From: an uncultured Nitrososphaerota archaeon
GTDB taxonomy: Archaea; Thermoproteota; Nitrososphaeria; Nitrososphaerales; Gagatemarchaeaceae
Assembly (NCBI GenBank): GCA_963718895.1
Contig: CAVRAG010000008.1
Location: 416,001 to 480,000, forward strand
DNA length: 64,000 bases
Reading direction: 5' to 3'
How positions within the stretch are numbered: position 1 is the first letter of the stretch; each line of letters begins with the position of its first letter. Below the pieces are notes generated by a model. The model was not told the origin of the DNA. It saw only the letters and a list, made by a program, of their open reading frames with translations, and made no database searches. Below, one piece after another: positions 32,492 through 42,646 of the stretch. The translations under genes and the position numbers were made by a program.

Positions 32492-33129
32492 CCTAAGTCC
32501 GCCTCCTTCGCTCTGCGGATGAAATCCGCAACCCTTCCGTGGTCCTTCACCCCCGGCGATCTCTCGACCCCGGACGAGACATCGACCGCGTACGGCCTGA
32601 CGGTCGCGACCGCCTCCGCGACGTTCTCCGGTCTGAGACCGCCGGAGAGCACGAGTGGCACCGGGAGTATCCCGTCCCTGATGCGACGGCAGAGGCCCCA
32701 GTCAGATGCGGAGCCTGAGCCGCCCTGCATCCCTGGTACGAACGTGTCGGTGAGGAGCGCGTCGAACCCCTCGGCCTCGGCCTTTGCTAGCAAGACGTCG
32801 TCAGACCTGAGGATGTACGGCCGGATGACGCGGACGCCCAGGGCCTTGCGGACGTGGTCCGGGTCGAGGTCGTCGCCGTAGAGCTGTACGGTATCGATCC
32901 GCGTCTCCTTCAGCCCGGACCCCCAGCCTTCCAACGCCTCGCTCGTCGTTACGAGCACCGCTGAGACGAACGGAGGGACGACCTCCGCGAGCTCCGCGGC
33001 CCTTTGAAGCGAGATGTTCCTCGGCGAGGCGGGGAATCCGCTGATGAAACCCACGGCGTCGGCGCCCGCGGCGACGGCGGACGCGACGTCAGACTCGCGC
33101 GTGTTCCCGCATATCTTGACCCTTACCAC
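32488..33129 (-). CDS. trpF: Phosphoribosylanthranilate isomerase
   Basis: VKICG, GGSG and VDVSSGVE motifs. Confidence 0.95.
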   Translation of the reverse strand: MVRVKICGNTRESDVASAVAAGADAVGFISGFPASPRNISLQRAAELAEVVPPFVSAVLVTTSEALEGWGSGLKETRIDTVQLYGDDLDPDHVRKALGVRVIRPYILRSDDVLLAKAEAEGFDALLTDTFVPGMQGGSGSASDWGLCRRIRDGILPVPLVLSGGLRPENVAEAVATVRPYAVDVSSGVERSPGVKDHGRVADFIRRAKEADLG

Positions 33130-33915
33130 CTAGAGGGCACCAACCAGTCCGCGGACGGCTCCCTCAATGTCGCCCGACTTCATGAGGGCTGAGCCCACCA
33201 GAAACCCGTCTGCTCCCATCGAGCGCAGCTCGGAGAGCTCAGAGGCCTTGGAGAAGCCGCTCTCGCAGATCACCGTCTTCGAGTGGGCATGGTTCCTGAG
33301 CAGCTCGCGCGATGTCTCGAGAGAGACCGCAAGAGTCTTCAGGTTCCTATTGTTTATTCCGACGATATCGGCCCGGCTCTGGAGAGATTCGAGATACTCC
33401 GCCTCCGTGTGGGCCTCGAGGAGCACCTCGAGACCTCTGCCATGCGCCGTCTCTATCATCTCAGCCAGGCCGAAGTTGGAGAGTCTCGCCCGGTAGATGA
33501 CGTCCATGAGGAGGACTGCATCCGCCCCTATCTTCGCAGCGGCGTCTATCTGTACGGGGTCGATGACGATATCCTTCATCAGGACCGGGAGGTCCACGCT
33601 CCTCTTGACAGCGGTGAGAAACTCGAGCCTACCGTCGAAGTGCTTGGGTTCTGTTAGCACCGAGATGCCCGCGGCGCCACCCCGCTGGTACTTCTGCGCG
33701 ATTTCGCGGACGTCTGAGCTCTTCTTGAGCTGTCCCTCGGAGGGCGAGCGGAACTTCACCTCCGTGATCAGCGGGATTCCGTGGGCTGCTGCGAGCGAGC
33801 CGCGGAGGCTCCTGCGCGGGAGGCCCGCGTCCTTCACGATGTAGTATCCTTCCGAGATGGTCTTCCGAGCCGACTCGGCCAGGGTGCCGATGAAATCGTC
33901 GTTCGCTCTCAGCAT
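33130..33915 (-). CDS. trpC: Indole-3-glycerol phosphate synthase
   Basis: EVKFRSPSEG, ISVLTEP, GINNRNL and ESG motifs. Confidence 0.95.
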   Translation of the reverse strand: MLRANDDFIGTLAESARKTISEGYYIVKDAGLPRRSLRGSLAAAHGIPLITEVKFRSPSEGQLKKSSDVREIAQKYQRGGAAGISVLTEPKHFDGRLEFLTAVKRSVDLPVLMKDIVIDPVQIDAAAKIGADAVLLMDVIYRARLSNFGLAEMIETAHGRGLEVLLEAHTEAEYLESLQSRADIVGINNRNLKTLAVSLETSRELLRNHAHSKTVICESGFSKASELSELRSMGADGFLVGSALMKSGDIEGAVRGLVGAL

Positions 33916-33919
33916 GGTC

Positions 33920-34958
33920 CTAGGACCTCCTCAATTCACCGCCGCTGAACCTAATCAATCCTTCGAGCTTCTTGTAGGCGGCGCCGCTCTCGACCGAGAG
34001 GCGGGCGGCGGAGAGCGCACTCGGGAAGTCGTCCGCCATGCCGGAGACGACTATCGCTGCGGCAGAGTTCACAAGGACAAGATCCCTCCTCCCGGAGGAG
34101 GTCTCTGACCCGTCGAGTATCCGCAAGGCGGCCTCGGCGCTCTCTTCGAGCGAGGTGACGGTCATCGTCTCGGCCGGATATGAAGGCACTCCGAGGTCCT
34201 TTGGGGAGTACTCGTGCTCGGTTATCCTTCCTCCCTTCAACCATGCGATGTAGGACTTGCCGGCGACCGAGATCTCATCCATCCCCTCGGCGGCATGGAT
34301 TACCATCGCTTCCGTGCTGCCCAGCTTCTCCAGCGCGCGGGCGACCTTGAGCGCGAGCGGCTGGGAGTACACCCCGATGACCTGGGAATCGGCGCCGGCC
34401 GGGTTCATGAGCGGCCCCATCAGGTTGAAGATCGTCCTTATCCCGAGCTCGGCCCTTACCGGGGCAACCTGCTTCATTGCTGGGTGGAACGAAGGGGCGA
34501 ACATGAAGCCGATGCCAAGCTGCTCGATCGACTCCTTCACCCGATCGGGACTCATCGCCAGGTTGAACCCCAGCCGCTCGAGGAGGTCGGCGCTTCCGCA
34601 CTTGCTCGTCACCGACCGGTTCCCGTGCTTCGCTACCGTGACGCCCGCCCCGGCCGCTACCACGGCCGCGACCGTGCTGACGTTGAACGTCTTGACAGCT
34701 GTCCCCGCCCGTACCGCAGGTATCCACGAGCCGTCCGCTCGACCTTCGGCCTGAATCTTGACCCCGTATCCCCTGAAGGTCGAGGCAAAGGCGGCAAGCT
34801 CGTCCGGGCTCTCACCCTTGCCCCTGAGCGCGACCAGGAATCCGGAGATCTAGCGTCGGGGATGCCTTTCCGGAGATTATCTCCTCTAGGACTCCGCCGA
34901 CCTCAAGGGGGGAGAGGTCACGTCCCTCGACCAGGCCCGCGATTGCCTGTTGGATCAA
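33920..34958 (-). CDS. trpD: Anthranilate phosphoribosyltransferase (frameshifts in the 5' third)
   Basis: DTCGTGGD, FNVST, KHGNRS and GMDE motifs. Confidence 0.92.
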
Positions 34959-35545
34959 TGCTGAACCCCGCTCCTTAGGAAGTTCGCTACTATCTTCTTG
35001 CCTTCCGGGGTCATTATGGACTCCGGGTGGTACTGGACGCCCTCGATAGGGTACTCGACGTGGCGGACGCCCATTATCTCGGCGTCTTCCATGGAGAGCG
35101 CGGTCACCTTCAGGCAGTCCGGGATGTCATCCTTCTCGATCGCCAGGGAGTGGTAGCGGGTGGCCTGGAACGGGTTCCCGACGCCTTCGAGGACCCCCTT
35201 GCCGTCGTGGACGATCATGCTCGTCTTGCCGTGCATCAGCCGGGACGCGCGCACGACCTTCCCTCCGAAGACGGCGCCGATCCCCTGGTGGCCCAGGCAG
35301 ACGCCCAGCGTCGGAATCTCCCTGCTCATCGTCTTGAGGACGGCCGTGCAGACCCCGAAGTAGTGCTCGTCCTCCGGGTTCCCGGGGCCCGGAGAGATGA
35401 TTATCCTGTCGGGTTCCAGACCCTGAGCCTGCTTGAGGGTGAGCTTGTCGTTCCTGAAGACCTGGGGGTGGGCTCCGAGCTCGCCCACATACTGTGCCAG
35501 GTTGTAGACGAACGAGTCGTAGTTGTCGATGATGAGGACCTTCAT
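34955..35545 (-). CDS. trpG: Anthranilate synthase component II
   Basis: IDNYDSFVYNL, GVCLGHQ and QYHPES motifs. Confidence 0.96.
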   Translation of the reverse strand: MKVLIIDNYDSFVYNLAQYVGELGAHPQVFRNDKLTLKQAQGLEPDRIIISPGPGNPEDEHYFGVCTAVLKTMSREIPTLGVCLGHQGIGAVFGGKVVRASRLMHGKTSMIVHDGKGVLEGVGNPFQATRYHSLAIEKDDIPDCLKVTALSMEDAEIMGVRHVEYPIEGVQYHPESIMTPEGKKIVANFLRSGVQH

Positions 35546-36940
35546 CTCTTGCCACCCGATGCCTCGACGGCCCGGAAGAGCCCCGCCGCCTTGTTCTCGG
35601 TCTCCTCCCACTCCTTCGAAGGGACAGAGTCGGCGACCACGCCCCCACCCGCCTGGATGCTGCAGCGTTTCCCGTTCGCGAAGAGCGTGCGTATGGTGAT
35701 GGCGAAGTCGGCGTTCCCGTTGAAGGAGAAGTACCCTATCGCCCCGCCGTAGGGGCCCCTCCGCGTGGGCTCCAGCTCCTCGATTATCTCCATGGCTCTC
35801 GGCTTGGGAGCGCCGGAGAGCGTCCCTGCGGGGAAGAGGGCGCGTATCCCGTCGAAAGAGTCGAACTCGTCCCTGAGGTCGCCCACCACCCTCGAGACGA
35901 TGTGCTGGACGTGGCTGTACTGCTGGATGGTGAGGAACTCGGGGACCTTGACGCTCCCATACTTCGCCACCCGGCCGACGTCGTTCCTCCCGAGGTCGAC
36001 GAGCATGACGTGCTCTGCCCTCTCCTTGGGGTCGGCCAGCAGCTCCTTGGTCAGCCGGTCGTTCTCCTTCTGGTCAGGGACCCGGGGCGCCGTCCCGGCG
36101 ATGGGAAATGTCTCGATCCGCCTGTCCTCCACCCTCAGCAGCATCTCTGGGCTGGAGCCGACTATGCGCCGGTCCCCGAACTTCAGGAAGTACATGTAGG
36201 GGGAGGGGTTGATTCGGCTGAGCTCCGAGTAGAACCTCGCAAGGTCGCCGGTGGCCTCGAAGTCCTGCCGCTTCGATGGGACGACCTGGAAGATGTCGCC
36301 GGCGGCGATGTACTCCTTCGCCCTCTCGACCATCTTCTCGTACCGCCCTTGGTCGATGTTCGGCTTCCTCGGCCCGTGGTCGAGAGAGCCCATCTCCGCC
36401 CTCCGCCTCAGCAGCCGATCCACCAGCCCCGACCGGTCCTCGCCGAGGGAGCAGTAGCCGACTTCTCCGTTCGCGTGGTCGAAGGCTATTCCGTCGGTGT
36501 AGATGCCGAACTCCATGTCAGGGGCTGCGAGGTCGTCCTTCGCGGTGCTCGGGAGCCTCTCCCAGTAGCGGACCGAGTCGTAGGAGATGTAGCCCACAGC
36601 GCCGCCTATGAACCGGTATGGACCCCTTCCTCTCGTCGAGCCCACCAGGGCGCGCAGGTTCTCGAGCGGGTCGGCGGTCCGCACACGCTCGCGTCTTCCG
36701 CTGACCCTGTCGGTAACCTCGAGTTCGCCGTTCTTGACACGGAAGAGGGCCGCCGGCTCGAATCCGATGAAGGAGTACTCGGCGAGCCTGCTCGCCCCCT
36801 TGGCAGACTCGAGGAGGAACGCCTCTTCGTATTCTTGCTGGACCTTCAGGAAGAGTTGCTGGGGTGTGTCGGAGACCTTGAGCTTACTCGTCTTGAGACG
36901 AAGAAGTCTGGACCGCTAGCGCAGCGCCAAAGATAGCCAC
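35542..36940 (-). CDS. trpE: Anthranilate synthase component I (start region ambiguous)
   Basis: AFLLES, GDIFQVV, NPSPY, EHVMLVDLGRND and GTLSGAPK motifs; in-frame TAG at 36918-36916 near the start. Confidence 0.93.
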
Positions 36941-37198
36941 CCAAGTTGTTCGCCGGATGCCGTCTGGATAGCCGCTTAATATGTATGTTGTCTGGCGTAC
37001 AATAACGCACTGATATGCGCGGTCTCCTCGCGCATATTCTGGCAATTCTTACTATTCATAGGGTGAACGGTGAATGTTGACTCGGGCCTCTGTCTCGTTA
37101 TTGGGTGATTTGAAGCGGTGTCCCGCGTTGGGTGATAGTTCAAGCTGACCGTGAACTCGGTGGCGCCCTTTTTCCACTTTGGCACGGGCCACACCAAT

Positions 37199-37579
37199 TT
37201 ACGGGTCTTCGAGAGTGAATGATTGAGCTTTTCCGTCTGCATACATCTTGAAATTGTTAAGGATGTCCAATCCAATAAGAAGATAGTCACGATCTGTTGC
37301 CACCACTCTCCTAGGCCATTCGATGCCTTCAAATTTGATGCGGGCGTAGAATGTTTGCCTCTTGGCTGCGGGACCATTGAATCCGCCCAATTCCTTCTCA
37401 CCGCCCGGTAGAAGCCCAAGCCTCTTTACAATCGAATTAGGGACAGTCGTAATATCCGCGCCGGTATCTATCTTTGCTCTGGCATATTGATGCGACGAAT
37501 TGAGAGGATGGATTACATCCACATCTCGCATCAATCGGGGTAGGCTCTTGCTCGTGTCGTAACGGTATTGCTGGCTCAT
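37199..37579 (-). CDS. Retropepsin-like (clan AA) single-domain aspartic protease
   Basis: AKIDTGADIT catalytic motif and LIGLDIL; 126 aa. Confidence 0.85.
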   Translation of the reverse strand: MSQQYRYDTSKSLPRLMRDVDVIHPLNSSHQYARAKIDTGADITTVPNSIVKRLGLLPGGEKELGGFNGPAAKRQTFYARIKFEGIEWPRRVVATDRDYLLIGLDILNNFKMYADGKAQSFTLEDP

Positions 37580-38067
37580 ATGAGTTCAGGGGATGGTATT
37601 TCGAGAACCTCTTCTTCGGATTCTATTTTCTCGACATATATTGGAACATAGCCATATTTCCCGTATACCCTCCATGCCAAGATATTCTCGTCCGCGTCTG
37701 AATCGACAACTGTGCCGCCTACCACAGCAACGAATTTGCCGACGAAGTCAGGGTCACGAACAAGCCCGCCTTTCATTTGAAAGAATGCTGTCTTCTCTCT
37801 TTCGAATACTTGCTCTGGCGCGGGAGTGAGGTGGCGCGGATGATATCTTGTATGTTTCAACTCATACAATATGATTGGCTCGAATCGAGCGAGGTCAATG
37901 TCGCCCGTTGTCTCGGATTGCCATTTCTTCGATGCCACATCTTTCACTACGGCTTCGACAGTCCGATTCCTTCTTTCGAGCTTACTTGTTGGGTAGTTAG
38001 TCTTCCGCGTAGGGTTTGCCTTTGAAGGAGGCGGTGAATAACTTAGAATAGTTCGCGGTTCCAACAA
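37576..38067 (-). CDS. DUF5678-like domain protein
   Basis: C-terminal GKFVAVVGGTVVDSDADENILAWRVYGKYG..IYVEKI, the pattern typically found next to retropepsins. Confidence 0.7.
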   Translation of the reverse strand: MLEPRTILSYSPPPSKANPTRKTNYPTSKLERRNRTVEAVVKDVASKKWQSETTGDIDLARFEPIILYELKHTRYHPRHLTPAPEQVFEREKTAFFQMKGGLVRDPDFVGKFVAVVGGTVVDSDADENILAWRVYGKYGYVPIYVEKIESEEEVLEIPSPELI

Positions 38068-38745
38068 TCAACCCTCTGGTACGAACAATTCCGAGCGTAA
38101 GTCTTTCTTAAGTATTCTGGTGCTCTCTTTTGCCGAGTCAACCGCCTGTCTGACAGCCAGAGCGATTTCTTCAACTTGAGTTATCGGAACAGCGATGTCT
38201 ACCGTTTTTCCTTCGTCGTCCTTCTCAAGGAGGAGACGAAGTCTCATGACGGGGATTAATGCTCGACGTCCTTCGGCCTCACCTGTGACCCTGTAGATCA
38301 TTGATGAGCCAAGACCCTGGATGTGGAAATAGTCATCAACCGTACCAGACGCAAAATAGAGAATTTCCCCCAAAAGCTTTGTTTTCTCATCAACGTCTGA
38401 CAACATCTTGACAAATGTCTCAACCTTGCTCTTGTCACACCCCGCCTCTACAAGGTCAGTTCCGATTGATTCCAGGGATGGCATGTGCTCAAGATTCATG
38501 TGAATTGTGTGAAGAAAGAAGGAATAAAGATTATAGGCCTCCGCGACTTCAATGTTGAGCTTCTTCGCGACTTTGCCCGATGTGAAGGTTTCAGGAGAAA
38601 CTCTTAGCTGGTCGAAAAAGAACTTGATATCTTCGTCAGAAAGCTGGAAGAAGGCAATTGCATCAGCCTTCACGGACTCGGCCGTTTCCTCGTCAGTATC
38701 CTCTGAAGGTTTGAAGAGGTTGGTGGTCAACGACCTATACCTCAT
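38068..38745 (-). CDS. Putative prokaryotic COMMD-like protein
   Basis: Helical N-terminal ~130 aa, then beta-beta-beta-helix (IQGLGSSMIYR...LIPVMRLRL...VDIAVP.TQVEEIALAV); 225 aa. Confidence 0.5.
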   Translation of the reverse strand: MRYRSLTTNLFKPSEDTDEETAESVKADAIAFFQLSDEDIKFFFDQLRVSPETFTSGKVAKKLNIEVAEAYNLYSFFLHTIHMNLEHMPSLESIGTDLVEAGCDKSKVETFVKMLSDVDEKTKLLGEILYFASGTVDDYFHIQGLGSSMIYRVTGEAEGRRALIPVMRLRLLLEKDDEGKTVDIAVPITQVEEIALAVRQAVDSAKESTRILKKDLRSELFVPEG

Positions 38746-38861
38746 CTGGCTACTTAAGCGGCAATAAAAGAGTTCTATACCTGATATCTACAGGAAGGAG
38801 GTACCCAATCCTAAGGCAATTCAGGTCCAGCTCGGCGTGTCCCTCAATCGTTTAGAACCAT

Positions 38862-41513
38862 CTAGAGAATTTCTTTCTGGGACGACTTGGGTAAGTAACT
38901 TGGACCGGACAGAGATTGCGTTTGATGCGTCCGCCCTCGTGTTCTCATTCCGTAGAGGACAGCCACAGCCGCGACCGCGATGATGACGCCCAGCAGTCCT
39001 CCGATGGTCACCAGATTGTATGAGAAGGTTGCTTCTGTCGTCGTAGGTGCATCGACGGCGATCACTGTCGTCGGGATGGTACCGGTTTGTGAGGCGGCCC
39101 ACCCTCCGAAAGAGTAGAGGAGGGAGGATGGATTGGCGACGAGGGTGACGCTTGTGCCCGGCGGAACGTAGAGGACCCGCTGACCCGGCGAGGCCTGTCC
39201 CAAGGTTGAACCATAACTGTATGTCACGGAACCGCCCGACTCTACGCTCAGGTCGAGGCCCGGATAGAACACAGCCGTCTCGTTTATCGGCGCCTTGACC
39301 TCGAGGCTGGTGGCTGTTGCCTCTCCGGAGTACGATCCCGGTCCGCTTCCAACCCAGGTACCGAGAGTCCAGCCAGGGGAGGGTGAGGCAACAAGTCTCA
39401 GAGTGCTCGCCGCGTCGCACCACTGACCATCCGGTGAAACCGACCCTCCGCCCGTCTGCGCGCTCTCGACATCCACGTAATACTGGTGCTGGTACTCAGC
39501 GGCGTCTGTTACGGCCGATCGGACTACCAGGGAGAGGGTCGCGTTGGTCGCCCACCTCTCGGAGCCGCTTGAAGGGAGCAAGGATGCGGGGAGATTCAGG
39601 ACGGACCCGGAGTCCAGCCATGAGGACGAAGGCGAGGACGTCAATGCGTCCGAGGTCGTCCTTCCAAGCGCCGTCTCGTTGACGACCGGCGCGCTGGGCG
39701 AGCCTCCACCAACGATTGAGTAGCTGAGCGTCACCAGGAACTGGTGGAAGTACTCAGGGTCGACCGTCCCGCCCGGTGAAGATTGCCCGGACGTGCCGGA
39801 GATAGAGTCCCACTTTTCTGTCGAGGTCGACCCTGTCAGCGGGTTGGCAGTCACAGACCACGTCGTGCCGTAGTCGAGCCAGACCGCTGTCGGAGTCGTC
39901 GTCATCGGGTAGGTTGCCGAGGAAGAGCCGACGCTAGAGTAGTCGAGAGTCGGAGACGAGTATCCCGAGCCACTGTCCGATATCGAGTAGGAGACGCTCT
40001 CGATGACTTGCTTGTAGTAGTCGACGCTCACCGCAGATGCGGAGCTGATCGTGGCCGCGGACGAGGAACCGGCTGCGTTCTGCCACCGCGTGTGTGCTGG
40101 TGCGCTGCCCAGGAATTGGGCTAAGGTCAGGAACTGGGGGAAGGTCATCGAACCGCCGCTGTCGACCCAGGCCTGGCAGCTGGCCGTCGCTGCCGAGGTC
40201 GTGGTTATGGTGCAGAGCGAGACGCCCGCTGTCCCGAACTGGGTGCCCCTCAGGACGAGCGTAGTGCCTGAATCGAAGGCGGTCTGCGCCTCGGCAGCGG
40301 TCTGGAGAGTCGGCTGGTACTGGTTGTAGTAGACGTAAGCGACTGTCTGCGGTACCGACGCCGTCCCCGAGGCGATCTGATTAGTCTCCCATCTCTCGCT
40401 CGAGCTGCTGCCGCCGAGCGTGGGCTGGACCGACCAGCTACTACCCGGGTCGCAATTGAAGGTCGACGGCGATGAGCCGAGGGTTGCAGTCTTTGTCACA
40501 CCACCGGTGACGTAAGTCAGGACCGGCGGCGAGTAGCCAGTGCCACCTCCCTGGACGGAATAGCTCACGGTCAGAGAAACTTGGCTCAACGCGCCTGTTA
40601 TGAACTCGTACGCGTCGCTGTACTCTGTGGCGCCGTTCGATGAGAACGTCTGCAATTGTGTTGGGTTGGCATACGAGAGTGGGGTTTGCGTATAAGAGGA
40701 AAACAGGAGAGTCCTGGTAGTACAGGACAAATCGGAACACTCGAACTCGTCGATCCATGCAATTGCCGAGGTCAGCGCGAATGTCTTGTCGGTGTAGACC
40801 ACTTCCTTTTCGTTATCGTAGTAAGCGGTAGGATGATACCATTCGGTCATCAATCCGGTGAAGAAGCCGTTGGAGCTTGAGGTTGATGAGAGGCCAACAA
40901 AGTTCGTGGCGGCTTCCGCACTATACGTGACAGAAGCCTGTGCGTTCGTCTCCAAATCCCTGGAAAGCATGATCACGTTTCCGCTCGAGAAGTACAGGCT
41001 CAGGGAGACCGTGTCGCCAGGATTGATTGAGCCAGAATACTTCATGAGACCGCCGCCTCCGCTCGCGGGGAGGACGATATTGCCACTCGAGTCGAAGACA
41101 TTGTAGCCCATGTTGAACCCTGTAATGTAACCAATTCCTGAAGAATTACCCTCCCAATTGTAAGCTAGGCCGACCTGGTACCAGTATCCTTTGTCGGACA
41201 GTCCGTTCAGCAGATAATCGGGTCCGTATCCTGAGCTGGCGTCCTGCTGCTCAACTGCCGTCACGTTGTAGTTTAGAGACGTGAAGGACTGTGTGAATGT
41301 AATGCCGAGTTGCTCATCGTCGCTGTATGGAGCGCTGCTAGGCGTTTCGGTCGCTGGCGGGATGACAAACTTACCACTTGGTTCAACTGGCTTGCACGCG
41401 CTACAGACCTGCGTGGACGGTCCGCTGATGTGCACCGACTGTCCATGAGCGCTGGTAAGAGCTGGCGCGAGCATGAAGAGGACGAGTAACAGCAGGACGT
41501 AGCTTCTCGACAA
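38862..41513 (-). CDS. Large secreted surface protein: beta-sandwich head, repeated Ig/PEGA-like modules, C-terminal TM
   Basis: Signal peptide; three SYS..GG....P.L...ERW...Y..QY repeats; a divergent InlB-B-like module; membrane anchor. Confidence 0.75.
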   Translation of the reverse strand: MSRSYVLLLLVLFMLAPALTSAHGQSVHISGPSTQVCSACKPVEPSGKFVIPPATETPSSAPYSDDEQLGITFTQSFTSLNYNVTAVEQQDASSGYGPDYLLNGLSDKGYWYQVGLAYNWEGNSSGIGYITGFNMGYNVFDSSGNIVLPASGGGGLMKYSGSINPGDTVSLSLYFSSGNVIMLSRDLETNAQASVTYSAEAATNFVGLSSTSSSNGFFTGLMTEWYHPTAYYDNEKEVVYTDKTFALTSAIAWIDEFECSDLSCTTRTLLFSSYTQTPLSYANPTQLQTFSSNGATEYSDAYEFITGALSQVSLTVSYSVQGGGTGYSPPVLTYVTGGVTKTATLGSSPSTFNCDPGSSWSVQPTLGGSSSSERWETNQIASGTASVPQTVAYVYYNQYQPTLQTAAEAQTAFDSGTTLVLRGTQFGTAGVSLCTITTTSAATASCQAWVDSGGSMTFPQFLTLAQFLGSAPAHTRWQNAAGSSSAATISSASAVSVDYYKQVIESVSYSISDSGSGYSSPTLDYSSVGSSSATYPMTTTPTAVWLDYGTTWSVTANPLTGSTSTEKWDSISGTSGQSSPGGTVDPEYFHQFLVTLSYSIVGGGSPSAPVVNETALGRTTSDALTSSPSSSWLDSGSVLNLPASLLPSSGSERWATNATLSLVVRSAVTDAAEYQHQYYVDVESAQTGGGSVSPDGQWCDAASTLRLVASPSPGWTLGTWVGSGPGSYSGEATATSLEVKAPINETAVFYPGLDLSVESGGSVTYSYGSTLGQASPGQRVLYVPPGTSVTLVANPSSLLYSFGGWAASQTGTIPTTVIAVDAPTTTEATFSYNLVTIGGLLGVIIAVAAVAVLYGMRTRGRTHQTQSLSGPSYLPKSSQKEIL

Positions 41514-41991
41514 TTCATGCCCACATCAGGGCCAGACATGACAGGGCATTTACGTCCTTGTTATGCCGACCCCCTATCGCGGAGCCATTCGCCGGCCCTC
41601 TCACCTTTCGTTGGTGGTCAAGATCCGGGAACACCTCGGCGCGGTCTTCCTGCGACGCGCGAGGATTACGTCGCCCGTTATATGGCCTGAAAGGCGGCTG
41701 CGCTTGCAAATGCCAAACGCTCCCGATTACCTTGTCGTCCCTGGCCCGCAATCTCGGACCAAAGTCATCCGTCACTCTTGCCGCTTACGCTAAGGTTCTG
41801 TTAACTCAGGTATGGAGTCAGTTACAAGATAACGACCGCCGATTCTTCGGTGATGATTGGGTTCTAGACGCACTGAACTTTGCACCCCTGTTCAGACTCT
41901 AAGGAGCCTCATGGTGAGACGGGCCATTGGACAGGGTGAGTACGAAAGGAATAGTCATCCTTGCTGTTCTTGGATGGAACCGCTTGCACTG

Positions 41992-42645
41992 TCATGAACG
42001 AGACCTCGCAAGTACTTCAACGCGGATCGAGCGATTTGCCTCTAGTCCGGACGACCCAAGCCTCCTCTTCCTCCGCGGTATTTCAATCCGCGTCCCCAGG
42101 ACCTTCCTGAGGCGCTTGCACTGCTTCCTGACCGTCGCCTCTCTTACTCCGGCCGCCTCCGCCGCTTCGATCTGGGTCAGCGCCTCGCCGTCCAGCAGCG
42201 ACGCCAGGTAGAGGGCCGCAGCCGCCAGTCCCTGGGGGAACACGCCTGCCGTGATCCCCGCCTTCTCGGCTGCCGATAGTATCTCTCGAGCGTCTGCCTC
42301 CACCTTTGGGCTCGTCTTCGCTCGGGATGCGACGTTAGCCAGGCATTCCGCGGGGTCGGCGACGGGGATCTTCAGGTTCAGTTCCTCGACTAGCAACCGG
42401 TAGCAGCTAGCCACAACTATCCTGTCCAAGCCGCTGGCCGCGGCCACCTCTGCCAACGTCGCGGGGACCTCGTTCTCCCTGCAGGCGGCGTAGAGCGACG
42501 AGGCCGCGATCTGGACGAGCGGCCTCCTCTTGTTGACGCCCCTTTCCAGACTTCTCCTGTATATGCGAGCGGCCTCGTCAGTCACCGTGCGCGGGATTGG
42601 GAGTCTCTCAGAGAACTCAATCAGTTCTCCGAGAGCAAGCTTCAC
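41992..42645 (-). CDS. tfb: TFB/TFIIB core (two cyclin folds) lacking the Zn-ribbon and B-reader
   Basis: AASSLYAACR..VPATLAEVA and AG..PQGLAAAALYLA...TQIEAAEAAGVREATVR motifs; no CxxC N-terminus. Confidence 0.8.
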   Translation of the reverse strand: MKLALGELIEFSERLPIPRTVTDEAARIYRRSLERGVNKRRPLVQIAASSLYAACRENEVPATLAEVAAASGLDRIVVASCYRLLVEELNLKIPVADPAECLANVASRAKTSPKVEADAREILSAAEKAGITAGVFPQGLAAAALYLASLLDGEALTQIEAAEAAGVREATVRKQCKRLRKVLGTRIEIPRRKRRLGSSGLEANRSIRVEVLARSRS

Positions 42646-42646
42646 C

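Noticed and set aside
63-36936. Numerous long antisense or alternate-frame ORFs in the track
   Set aside because: Shadow ORFs expected from high GC3 codon bias opposite well-supported genes.
17745-36940. Mass pseudogenisation or programmed frameshifting of aro/trp genes
   Set aside because: Frameshifts are scattered single indels across many unrelated genes with intact motifs and almost no nonsense codons, which is typical of unpolished long-read assembly.
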